Below the pieces are notes generated by a model, which was not told the origin of the DNA, did not search any database, and was given only the letters and a program-made list of their open reading frames with translations. A program made the translations under genes and the position numbers. From contig NZ_LT906458.1 in assembly GCF_900187275.1 (NCBI RefSeq), positions 1,140,001 to 1,172,000 of the forward strand: a stretch of 32,000 nt of DNA, written 5' to 3'. The stretch comes from Pasteurella multocida. Its GTDB lineage: Bacteria; Pseudomonadota; Gammaproteobacteria; Enterobacterales; Pasteurellaceae. Below are positions 23,189-32,000 of the stretch, one piece after another; position 1 is the stretch's first letter, and each line of letters begins with the position of its first letter.

Positions 23189-24427
23189 ATGAAAAATCGT
23201 CGACTCAATTTCAAACTGTTTTTCCTCATCATTTTTTCATTATTCAGCACACTGAGTTGGTCAAAAACAATCACGCTGTATTTAGATCCTGCCTCCTTAC
23301 CGGCATTAAATCAGCTGATGGACTTTACGCAAAATAATGAAGATAAAACACATCCACGTATTTTTGGTCTTTCTCGCTTTAAAATCCCTGACAACATTAT
23401 TACACAGTATCAAAATATCCATTTCGTCGAACTCAAAGATAATCGTCCTACTGAAGCACTTTTTACGATTTTAGATCAATACCCTGGTAACATTGAGTTA
23501 GATATACACTTAAATATTGCTCATTCCGTTCAATTAATTCGTCCGATTTTGGCATATCGTTTTAAACATTTAGATCGTGTATCAATTCAGCGATTAAATC
23601 TTTATGACGATGGCTCAATGGAATATGTTGATTTAGAAAAAGAAGAAAATAAAGATATTTCCGCAGAAATTAAGCAAGCAGAAAAACAACTTTCTCACTA
23701 TTTGCTTACCGGTAAAATAAAATTTGATAACCCAACTATTGCTCGTTATGTCTGGCAATCTGCGTTCCCAGTAAAATATCATTTTTTAAGTACAGACTAT
23801 TTTGAAAAAGCCGAATTTTTACAACCACTAAAAGAATATTTAGCGGAAAATTATCAAAAAATGGACTGGACCGCTTACCAACAGCTGACTCCAGAACAGC
23901 AAGCATTCTACTTAACATTGGTAGGCTTCAATGACGAAGTCAAGCAGTCGTTAGAAGTGCAACAAGCCAAATTTATCTTTACCGGCACGACAACTTGGGA
24001 AGGAAATACCGATGTGCGAGAATACTACGCACAGCAACAACTTAATTTACTTAATCACTTTACCCAAGCTGAGGGCGATTTATTTATTGGTGATCATTAT
24101 AAAATCTACTTTAAAGGGCATCCTAGAGGTGGTGAAATTAATGACTACATTCTGAACAATGCTAAAAATATCACCAATATCCCTGCCAATATTTCCTTTG
24201 AAGTATTGATGATGACAGGCTTATTACCTGATAAAGTGGGTGGTGTTGCAAGTTCACTGTATTTCTCCTTACCAAAAGAAAAAATTAGCCATATTATTTT
24301 CACATCGAATAAACAAGTGAAAAGCAAAGAAGATGCGCTAAATAATCCGTATGTTAAGGTCATGCGTCGTTTAGGTATAATTGACGAATCACAAGTCATC
24401 TTTTGGGACAGTTTAAAACAGTTGTAA
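23189..24427 (+). CDS. GT80-family multifunctional sialyltransferase (PmST1 / Pm0188 type)
   Basis: 412 aa with signal-like N-terminus; D141 in LYDDGSMEYVD, KGHP at 309-312, E338, SS at 355-356, all at the numbering known for PmST1. Confidence 0.96.
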   Translation: MKNRRLNFKLFFLIIFSLFSTLSWSKTITLYLDPASLPALNQLMDFTQNNEDKTHPRIFGLSRFKIPDNIITQYQNIHFVELKDNRPTEALFTILDQYPGNIELDIHLNIAHSVQLIRPILAYRFKHLDRVSIQRLNLYDDGSMEYVDLEKEENKDISAEIKQAEKQLSHYLLTGKIKFDNPTIARYVWQSAFPVKYHFLSTDYFEKAEFLQPLKEYLAENYQKMDWTAYQQLTPEQQAFYLTLVGFNDEVKQSLEVQQAKFIFTGTTTWEGNTDVREYYAQQQLNLLNHFTQAEGDLFIGDHYKIYFKGHPRGGEINDYILNNAKNITNIPANISFEVLMMTGLLPDKVGGVASSLYFSLPKEKISHIIFTSNKQVKSKEDALNNPYVKVMRRLGIIDESQVIFWDSLKQL

Positions 24428-24446
24428 TCCAAGATAGGAGCTTATT

Positions 24447-25118
24447 ATGACAAATATTGCGATCATTCCTGCACGAGCCGGCTCAAAAGGGATTCCAGAT
24501 AAAAACCTGCAGCCCGTGGGTGGGCATTCTCTGATTGGACGTGCTATTTTAGCGGCAAAAAATGCTGACGTTTTCGATATGATTGTCGTAACCTCTGATG
24601 GTGATAATATCTTACGTGAAGCAGAAAAATATGGGGCATTAGCGCTGAAAAGACCCGCTGAGTTGGCCCAAGACAATTCAAGAACCATTGATGCTATTTT
24701 ACATGCACTAGAGAGCTTAAATATTCGCGAAGGCACTTGTACCCTATTACAACCGACTAGCCCATTACGTGATCATTTAGATATCAAAAATGCGATGGAT
24801 ATGTATGCCAATGGCGGAGTACACTCTGTGGTGTCGGCGTGCGAGTGTGAACATCATCCCTATAAAGCTTTTGCGTTAAGCAAAGATCATGAAGTTTTGC
24901 CTGTACGTGAAATTGCTGATTTTGAAGCCGCACGCCAAACTTTACCGAAAATGTATCGTGCAAATGGTGCCATTTATATTAATGACATTGCACAATTGCT
25001 AAAAGAAAAATATTTCTTCATTCCGCCTCTCAAATTCTACTTAATGCCAACTTATCGTTCTGTGGATATTGATGTGAAGCAGGATTTAGAACTCGCGGAA
25101 ATTTTATCCAATAAATGA
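24447..25118 (+). CDS. neuA: CMP-N-acetylneuraminate (sialic acid) cytidylyltransferase
   Basis: 223 aa; [63 protein letters not shown]. Confidence 0.95.
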   Translation: MTNIAIIPARAGSKGIPDKNLQPVGGHSLIGRAILAAKNADVFDMIVVTSDGDNILREAEKYGALALKRPAELAQDNSRTIDAILHALESLNIREGTCTLLQPTSPLRDHLDIKNAMDMYANGGVHSVVSACECEHHPYKAFALSKDHEVLPVREIADFEAARQTLPKMYRANGAIYINDIAQLLKEKYFFIPPLKFYLMPTYRSVDIDVKQDLELAEILSNK

Positions 25119-25133
25119 CCGCACTTTTGTCGT

Positions 25134-25198
25134 CAGTAGGTCTTGGTTAAGCCAGTTAGCAGTAAAACGACGTTTAAACAAGCCTACTGTTTCTTTTC
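25134..25198 (+). terminator. Hairpin plus T-rich tail after neuA, possibly its terminator
   Basis: CAGTAGG-t-CTTG (25134-25145) pairs with CAAG-CCTACTG (25179-25189) with one bulged base, followed by TTTCTTTTC. Confidence 0.5.
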
Positions 25199-25200
25199 AT

Positions 25201-25259
25201 AGTGGTTCGTAACCCTCCCACTTGAACAACCAACAATTGTTCGAAACAAAACTAGGAAA
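25201..25259 (+). promoter_or_regulatory. Candidate preQ1-I-like riboswitch in the queC leader, with an extra hairpin in the linker
   Basis: P1 AGTGG (25201-25205)/CCACT (25218-25222), loop TTCGTAACCCTC, tail AACAAAACTAGGA whose AGGA is the queC Shine-Dalgarno; upstream of queC-queD-queE. Confidence 0.55.
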
Positions 25260-25264
25260 ATAGT

Positions 25265-25951
25265 ATGCAGTTAACCAACCCAAACCGCGATCGTAAAGCG
25301 GTCGTTATCTTTTCGGGTGGACAAGATTCCACCACTTGTCTCTTTCAAGCAATACAAGATTATGGCATAGAAAATGTGGAAGTTGTAACGTTCCAATACG
25401 GTCAACGCCACGCGATTGAATTAGAGAAAGCTAAATGGATTGCCCAAGATCTTGGCGTCAAACAAACGTTAATTGACACTTCCGTCATTAAAGCGATTAC
25501 GCAAAATGCCTTAATGGACGAACAGGCAAGAATTGAGCAACATGGCAGTACACCGAATACTTTCGTTGACGGTCGCAATGCCCTGTTTTTACTTTATACC
25601 GCCATCTATGCCAAAGGTCAGGATATTCAAGACATTATCACAGGCGTCTGTGAAACGGATTTTAGTGGCTATCCAGATTGTCGTGATGTGTTTATTAAAT
25701 CCATGAATGTCACGCTTAATCTGGCAATGGATTACCAATTCCATCTTAAAACCCCTTTAATGTATCTCACAAAAGCACAAACTTGGCAATTAGCGGACGA
25801 ACTCGGTGTGTTAGATTATATTCGTCAACATACCCATACTTGTTATATGGGAGTGGAACAAGGTTGCGGTGAATGCCCGAGTTGTGTATTACGCGAGAAA
25901 GGATTGCGTGAATATTTATCTAGTAAAAGTGAGGGGGAAATTGATGTTTAA
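25265..25951 (+). CDS. queC: 7-cyano-7-deazaguanine (preQ0) synthase
   Basis: 228 aa; [26 protein letters not shown]-loop and [22 protein letters not shown] zinc site. Confidence 0.97.
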   Translation: MQLTNPNRDRKAVVIFSGGQDSTTCLFQAIQDYGIENVEVVTFQYGQRHAIELEKAKWIAQDLGVKQTLIDTSVIKAITQNALMDEQARIEQHGSTPNTFVDGRNALFLLYTAIYAKGQDIQDIITGVCETDFSGYPDCRDVFIKSMNVTLNLAMDYQFHLKTPLMYLTKAQTWQLADELGVLDYIRQHTHTCYMGVEQGCGECPSCVLREKGLREYLSSKSEGEIDV

Positions 25952-26369
25952 AATTGCAAAAGAATTTAGTTTTGATATGGCACATATGCTCGATGGGCAT
26001 GATGGCAAATGCAAAAATTTACATGGGCATACTTACAAATTACAAGTAGAGCTCTGTGGTGAATTACATCAAACCGGTCCGAAAAAAGGCATGGTGATTG
26101 ATTTTTCCGATTTAAAAGATATCGTTAAACAGCACATTTTAGATCCCATGGATCATGCGTTTATTTATGATTGCAGCAGTGAAAAAGAATCGAAAGTGGC
26201 TCATTTATTGCAATCACTGGATTCAAAAACGTTTGCACTACCCACGCGTACTACCGCCGAAGAAATGGCGCGCTTTATGTTTAATTGTTTGAAATATGAG
26301 GCACATTTACCGGTATCGGCGATCCGCTTATGGGAAACCCCCACTTCATTTTGTGAATATAAGGAATAA
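25944..26369 (+). CDS. queD: 6-carboxy-5,6,7,8-tetrahydropterin synthase (start trimmed to the ATG at 25944)
   Basis: GAGGGGGAAATTG Shine-Dalgarno then [39 protein letters not shown]; overlaps the queC end by 8 nt. Confidence 0.96.
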   Translation: MFKIAKEFSFDMAHMLDGHDGKCKNLHGHTYKLQVELCGELHQTGPKKGMVIDFSDLKDIVKQHILDPMDHAFIYDCSSEKESKVAHLLQSLDSKTFALPTRTTAEEMARFMFNCLKYEAHLPVSAIRLWETPTSFCEYKE

Positions 26370-26374
26370 GTGCG

Positions 26375-27004
26375 GTGCAAATTCAAGAAATTTTCGAGCC
26401 TGAATACGCTATTGTGGAGATCTTTGAAAGCTTACAAGGGGAAGGCTTTAATACAGGGATGCCAAGCATTTTTGTGCGTTTTGGTAAATGTAATTTAGCC
26501 TGTCCTTGGTGCGATACGCCTTACAATCAATATACGACTTGGACACTCAGCAAAATTGTACAAAAAGTGCGGTCGTTTTCAGCAAAAAATATTATTATCA
26601 CTGGCGGTGAACCTACTATCGTGCCCAAAATTGGCGTGTTACTTGATGCGCTAAAAGCCGAAGGCTACTTTTTAGCAATCGAAACCAATGGGTTAAAAAG
26701 TATTCCAAACCAAATTGATTACATTGCTACCAGTCCAAAACGTTTGTATCAACATAAATATCAACAGAAATGTATTCCTTTTGCCCATGAGGTACGCATT
26801 GTGGCAGATGAAAATGTCATCGCATTTTGTGAGCAAATTGAACAACAGATCCGAGCAGATCATTATTACCTCTCGCCTTGTGAAGTAAATGGTGAAATGA
26901 ATTTGCTTGAAACAATCACACAAATAGGGCGCTTAAATCAGCGTGTTAACAAGCCTAAATGGCAGCTTAGCATTCAAACCCATAAACTCATTGGGATTGA
27001 ATAA
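26375..27004 (+). CDS. queE: 7-carboxy-7-deazaguanine synthase (radical SAM), GTG start
   Basis: 209 aa; IFESLQGEGFNTGMPSIFVRFGKCNLACPWCDTPYN, with the CX3-like CNLACPWC radical-SAM cysteines. Confidence 0.95.
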   Translation: MQIQEIFEPEYAIVEIFESLQGEGFNTGMPSIFVRFGKCNLACPWCDTPYNQYTTWTLSKIVQKVRSFSAKNIIITGGEPTIVPKIGVLLDALKAEGYFLAIETNGLKSIPNQIDYIATSPKRLYQHKYQQKCIPFAHEVRIVADENVIAFCEQIEQQIRADHYYLSPCEVNGEMNLLETITQIGRLNQRVNKPKWQLSIQTHKLIGIE

Positions 27005-27048
27005 TTGTCAATTTATTTACTTTATTTGCATTTACCTCTTTTTAGTAG

Positions 27049-27076
27049 TTGACCATTATATAATAAAGTATACAAT
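27049..27076 (+). promoter_or_regulatory. Candidate sigma-70 promoter in the queE / Nif3-family gap
   Basis: TTGACC (27049-27054), 16-nt spacer, TACAAT (27071-27076); an overlapping TATAAT also lies at 27059-27064. Confidence 0.45.
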
Positions 27077-27082
27077 GGGCTT

Positions 27083-27171
27083 GTTTTTAATTTGAAGTAG
27101 TAAATACGCTTGGCTAATGCGATTCTTCCCCCACAATCTTGAAAAAGATGTTCGCATTAGCCATTTTTTTC
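27083..27171 (+). ncRNA. Candidate small RNA ending in a strong intrinsic terminator (5' end inferred)
   Basis: Starts ~7 nt after the predicted -10; ends with TGGCTAATGCGA (27111-27122)/TCGCATTAGCCA (27152-27163) followed by TTTTTTTC; an inner ATCTT-GAAA-AAGAT hairpin (27136-27149) and an unpaired CCCCCAC. Confidence 0.35.
27111..27171 (+). terminator. Intrinsic terminator with long structured loop
   Basis: 12-bp perfect stem TGGCTAATGCGA/TCGCATTAGCCA followed directly by a T-run. Confidence 0.75.
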
Positions 27172-27241
27172 TTCTTATTCTCGCCTAAATCCTTTACCAT
27201 GATCCGCATTCAATTTCCCTTATTCATCATGAGAAAGACCT

Positions 27242-27997
27242 ATGAACGCCCTTGAACTTGAACAGATTTTAAATCACAAACTCAACTCCCAAGCCATCTC
27301 TGATTACGCCCCAAATGGTCTACAAGTGGAAGGAAAAAAGGACATCAAAAAAATCATTACAGGGGTTACCGCAAGTCAAGCTTTAATTGAGTATGCCGTT
27401 AGTCAAAACGCCGATGCGATTTTGGTTCATCATGGCTATTTTTGGAAAAGTGAAAACCCTTGTATTCGTGGTATGAAAGGGAAACGTATCAAAACACTCT
27501 TAGTCAATGACATCAATTTATATGGTTATCACTTACCATTAGATGTTCACCCTGAATTAGGTAACAACGCTCGTCTTGCTGCCCTACTAGAGATTGAGGA
27601 TTTACAGCCCTTAGAACAAGGTACGGTAAGTATTCCCGTTTATGGTACCTTAAAAACACCGTTAACCAGCGATGCCTTTGCTGCCCGAATTGAGCAAGTG
27701 CTAAAACGTAAACCTCTAGTATGCAGCGACAATGCGCCGCACCTTATTCGTACAGTGGGTATTTGTACGGGAGGAGGACAGAGTTATATTGATTTAGCAG
27801 CCAACCAAGGTGTTGATGCCTTCATTAGTGGTGAAGTGTCGGAGCAAACTATCCACTCTGCCCGTGAACAAGGTATTCATTTTTTTGCAGCAGGTCACCA
27901 TGCCACAGAACGCTATGGCATAAAAGCCTTAGGCGAATGGCTCAGTCAGCACTATGATCTTGAGGTGGAATTTAAAGATATTGATAATCCTGCTTAA
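27242..27997 (+). CDS. Nif3-like dinuclear metal center protein (YbgI / GTP cyclohydrolase I type 2 homologue)
   Basis: 251 aa; MNALELEQILNHKLNSQAISDYAPNGLQVEGK, DAILVHHGYFWK, FFAAGHHATERYGIKALGEWL. Confidence 0.93.
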   Translation: MNALELEQILNHKLNSQAISDYAPNGLQVEGKKDIKKIITGVTASQALIEYAVSQNADAILVHHGYFWKSENPCIRGMKGKRIKTLLVNDINLYGYHLPLDVHPELGNNARLAALLEIEDLQPLEQGTVSIPVYGTLKTPLTSDAFAARIEQVLKRKPLVCSDNAPHLIRTVGICTGGGQSYIDLAANQGVDAFISGEVSEQTIHSAREQGIHFFAAGHHATERYGIKALGEWLSQHYDLEVEFKDIDNPA

Positions 27998-28084
27998 GAA
28001 AATAGGATATAAGGTCCGCTTTGTATTTATTCACATTTTCCCTTATACTAGCCAGAATTTTTAACATACGAAAAGGTATTGATT

Positions 28085-28867
28085 ATGGGTTTCTTAACAA
28101 ACAAACGTATTTTAATTGCCGGTGTGGCAAGTAATCGTTCTATTGCTTACGGTATCGCACAAGCAATGAAACGTGAAGGGGCAGAACTCGCTTTCACGTA
28201 TCAAAATGATAAATTAAAAGGGCGTGTAGAAGAATTTGCTAAAGAATTAGGTTCTGATATTGTGATTCCTTGTGATGTGGGCACGGATGAAAGTATCGAA
28301 CAATGCTTTGCTGAATTAGCTAAACACTGGGAAAAATTTGATGGTTTTGTTCATTCTATCGCTTTTGCGCCGGGCGACCAATTAGACGGTGATTATGTGG
28401 ATGCAGTAAACCGCGAAGGTTTCCGTATTGCACACGATGTGAGTTCATATAGCTTTGTTGCGATGGCAAAAGCCGCGCGTGGCATGTTGAATCCGAACTC
28501 AGCCCTTTTAACACTTTCCTACTTAGGGGCAGAACGTGCAATTCCTAACTATAACGTGATGGGCCTAGCCAAAGCCTCATTAGAAGCTAATACGCGTTTT
28601 ATGGCAGCAGCATTAGGTAAAGACGGTATCCGCGTAAATGCAATCTCTGCAGGACCAATTCGTACACTTGCCGCCTCTGGTATTAAAAACTTCAAGAAAA
28701 TGCTCGCAAACTTCGAACAAACCGCACCATTACGCCGTACTGTGACGATTGAAGATGTCGGTAACTCTGCAGCTTTCTTATGCTCAGATTTAAGTGCCGG
28801 TATCACAGGTGAAGTGGTCCATGTTGATGCCGGTTTCAGCATCGTAGCTATGGGTGAACTCGAATAA
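28085..28867 (+). CDS. fabI: Enoyl-[acyl-carrier-protein] reductase (NADH) (ATG at 28085 preferred over the listed 28079 start)
   Basis: [45 protein letters not shown]; [14 protein letters not shown]; [16 protein letters not shown] catalytic segment. Confidence 0.97.
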   Translation: MGFLTNKRILIAGVASNRSIAYGIAQAMKREGAELAFTYQNDKLKGRVEEFAKELGSDIVIPCDVGTDESIEQCFAELAKHWEKFDGFVHSIAFAPGDQLDGDYVDAVNREGFRIAHDVSSYSFVAMAKAARGMLNPNSALLTLSYLGAERAIPNYNVMGLAKASLEANTRFMAAALGKDGIRVNAISAGPIRTLAASGIKNFKKMLANFEQTAPLRRTVTIEDVGNSAAFLCSDLSAGITGEVVHVDAGFSIVAMGELE

Positions 28868-28883
28868 GTTTTACATGTTATAT

Positions 28884-28914
28884 AAGAGCGGACATCAGTC
28901 CGCTTTCATTTTTT
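28884..28914 (+). terminator. Intrinsic terminator after fabI
   Basis: AGCGGAC (28887-28893), ATCA loop, GTCCGCT (28898-28904), then TTCATTTTTT. Confidence 0.8.
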
Positions 28915-28927
28915 ATGGATAGCCTCA

Positions 28928-30904
28928 ATGTTCCAAAATAATCCCCTCCTTTCACAATTAAAACAACAAATCCGAGACAGCAAACAACAGGTCGAAGGTA
29001 TCGTAAAAGGTTCAGATAAAGCCTTTGGTTTTCTTGAGTGTGATAAAAAAAGTTACTTTATTCCCCCTGCTGCAATGAAGAAAGTCATGCATGGTGACAA
29101 AATCAAAGCCCTAATTGAAGTCGTTGGTGAAAAAGAACAAGCCGAACCCGATGCCTTAATTGAGCCAATGCTCACACGCTTTATCGCGCGTGTGCGTTTC
29201 AATAAAGATAAAAAATTACAAGTGCTCGTCGATCATCCACAAATCAATCAAGCCATTGGTGCCGCCCAAGATAAATCAATAACAGAAACGTTACAAGAAG
29301 GGGATTGGGTCGTTGCTACTTTAAAAACACACCCATTACGTGATGACAGATTCTTTTTCGCTCAAATTCAGCAATTTATTTGCCGTGCAGAAGATGAACT
29401 CGCGCCTTGGTGGGTCACGCTAGCACGTCATGGACAATCGCGTTATCCTGTGCAAGGTTGTGCAGATTATCCAATGATAGATCAACATACACGTGAAGAT
29501 TTGACCGCATTGCATTTTATCACCATTGATGCGGAAACGACGTTGGACATGGATGATGCGCTTTACCTTGAGCCTATTCATCAAGCGGAGGAACAGATTG
29601 GTTGGCGTTTAGTGGTCGCCGTTGCCGATCCAACTGCTTATATCCCGCTTGATTCACAAATTGAACAAGAAGCCAGACAACGGTGTTTTACCAATTATCT
29701 ACCGGGCTTCAACATTCCAATGTTACCACCGGAATTGTCTGATGAACGTTGTTCTTTAATGCAAGACGAAATTCGTCCGGCGTTGGTCTGCTATATCGAA
29801 ACCGATTTAACCGGTAATATCACTGAAAAACCGCGCTTTGTTTCCGCTTATGTACAATCCAAAGCGAAATTAGCCTATGATCACGTCTCTGATTATTTAG
29901 AAAATTGTCTTGATGCATGGCAGCCTGAAAATCCACAAATCGCACAACAAATCCAATGGCTTCATCAATTTAGTCAAGCACGCATCGAGTGGCGTAAACA
30001 ACATGCTTTGTTATTTAAAGAAAAGCCAGACTATTCGTTTATCTTAGCGGAGAATGGCAGCGTACAAGCCATTCAAGCACAATATCGTCGCATTGCGAAT
30101 CAAATGGTAGAGGAATGTATGATCCTCGCCAACATTTGTGCTGCACACTATCTCGATGAACATGCTAAGTGTGGTATTTTTAATACGCATTCTGGTTTTG
30201 ATAAAAAATACCTAGAGAGTGCACATCAATTTTTATTAAATCAGTTAAGTGATGAAACAAACCAAGCCGTCTTAGCAACACGTTATTCTGTAGCGAATTT
30301 AACAACATTAGCGGGCTATTGCCAAATGCGCCATGATATTGAGTTATTAAATAGTGACTATCTCGAATTGCGTTTACGTCGTTTCTTAACATTTGCTGAA
30401 TTTAAATCTGAAATCGCACCGCACTTTGGTTTAGGCTTATCGGGTTATGCGACCTGGACATCCCCGATTCGTAAATATTCCGATATAGTCAATCATCGCT
30501 TAATTAAAGCTGTGTTAACCCAACAAACTTGTGAGAAACCGCAAGATGACCTGTTCGTACGTTTGCAAGAAGCGCGTCGTCAAAACCGTTTAGTAGAGCG
30601 TGATATTGCAGATTGGCTTTATTGTCGTTATCTGGCAACACAAGTGGAACAAAAACCAACATTCCAAGCGGAAATTCAAGATGTGATGCGAGGGGGATTA
30701 CGTGTGCAACTGCTTGCTAATGGTGCACCGATGTTTATCCCTGCCTCCTTAATTCACGACAATAAGGAAGCGATTCAAGTCAATACGGATACGCTTACTC
30801 TGTCTATTCAAGGTGAAGTGAAATATAAATTAGGAGATATCATTCAGGTGCAACTCTTGGACGTGAAAGAAGAAACGCGTAGTATTGTCGGCACTCTTTG
30901 TTAA
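28928..30904 (+). CDS. rnb: Exoribonuclease II
   Basis: 658 aa; RNB-domain ITIDAETTLDMDDALYLEP, WRLVVAVADPTAYIPLDS, TSPIRKYSDIVNHRLIKA plus C-terminal S1-like region. Confidence 0.95.
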   Translation: MFQNNPLLSQLKQQIRDSKQQVEGIVKGSDKAFGFLECDKKSYFIPPAAMKKVMHGDKIKALIEVVGEKEQAEPDALIEPMLTRFIARVRFNKDKKLQVLVDHPQINQAIGAAQDKSITETLQEGDWVVATLKTHPLRDDRFFFAQIQQFICRAEDELAPWWVTLARHGQSRYPVQGCADYPMIDQHTREDLTALHFITIDAETTLDMDDALYLEPIHQAEEQIGWRLVVAVADPTAYIPLDSQIEQEARQRCFTNYLPGFNIPMLPPELSDERCSLMQDEIRPALVCYIETDLTGNITEKPRFVSAYVQSKAKLAYDHVSDYLENCLDAWQPENPQIAQQIQWLHQFSQARIEWRKQHALLFKEKPDYSFILAENGSVQAIQAQYRRIANQMVEECMILANICAAHYLDEHAKCGIFNTHSGFDKKYLESAHQFLLNQLSDETNQAVLATRYSVANLTTLAGYCQMRHDIELLNSDYLELRLRRFLTFAEFKSEIAPHFGLGLSGYATWTSPIRKYSDIVNHRLIKAVLTQQTCEKPQDDLFVRLQEARRQNRLVERDIADWLYCRYLATQVEQKPTFQAEIQDVMRGGLRVQLLANGAPMFIPASLIHDNKEAIQVNTDTLTLSIQGEVKYKLGDIIQVQLLDVKEETRSIVGTLC

Positions 30905-30908
30905 ATGT

Positions 30909-30942
30909 AAAAAGGGAAATCACTGATTTCCCTTTCTTTTTC
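30909..30942 (+). terminator. Intrinsic terminator after rnb
   Basis: AAAGGGAAAT (30911-30920), CACTG loop, ATTTCCCTTT (30926-30935), then CTTTTTC. Confidence 0.8.
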
Positions 30943-30957
30943 TTATTAAGCCATGGC

Positions 30958-32000
<1,043 letters not shown>

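Overview
This window looks like core chromosome of a Pasteurellaceae bacterium, almost certainly Pasteurella multocida. The evidence is the 412-aa GT80 sialyltransferase, which carries the landmark residues of PmST1/Pm0188, and repeated AAGTGCGGT uptake-signal cores. Gene order from left to right: secG(partial,-), topB(-), recR(-), ybaB/ebfC(-), acnB(+), an orphan periplasmic binding protein of the AfuA/FbpA type(+), epmA(-), frdABCD(+), lptG-lptF(-), pepA(+), mtnN(-), a DsbA-like secreted thioredoxin-fold protein(-), recJ(-), dsbC(-), prfB with a canonical +1 programmed frameshift(+), lysS(+), GT80 sialyltransferase(+), neuA(+), queC-queD-queE(+), a Nif3-family gene(+), fabI(+), rnb(+), and murA(partial,-). 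I found no CRISPR array, phage, transposon, defence island or tRNA/rRNA, and no convincing new multi-gene system. The best leads for a second look are: (1) a promoter-to-terminator unit in the queE/Nif3 intergenic gap that could encode an ~85-90 nt sRNA; (2) a preQ1-I-like riboswitch before queC with an unusual extra hairpin in the tail linker; (3) a perfect 11-bp hairpin without a T-tract in the 55-bp lysS/sialyltransferase gap; (4) an orphan binding protein lacking an obvious Tyr-Tyr iron motif; (5) a second DsbA-like protein with a CRVC active site; (6) uptake-signal sequences built into gene ends, starts and terminators. All coordinates were read by eye and no database search was run.
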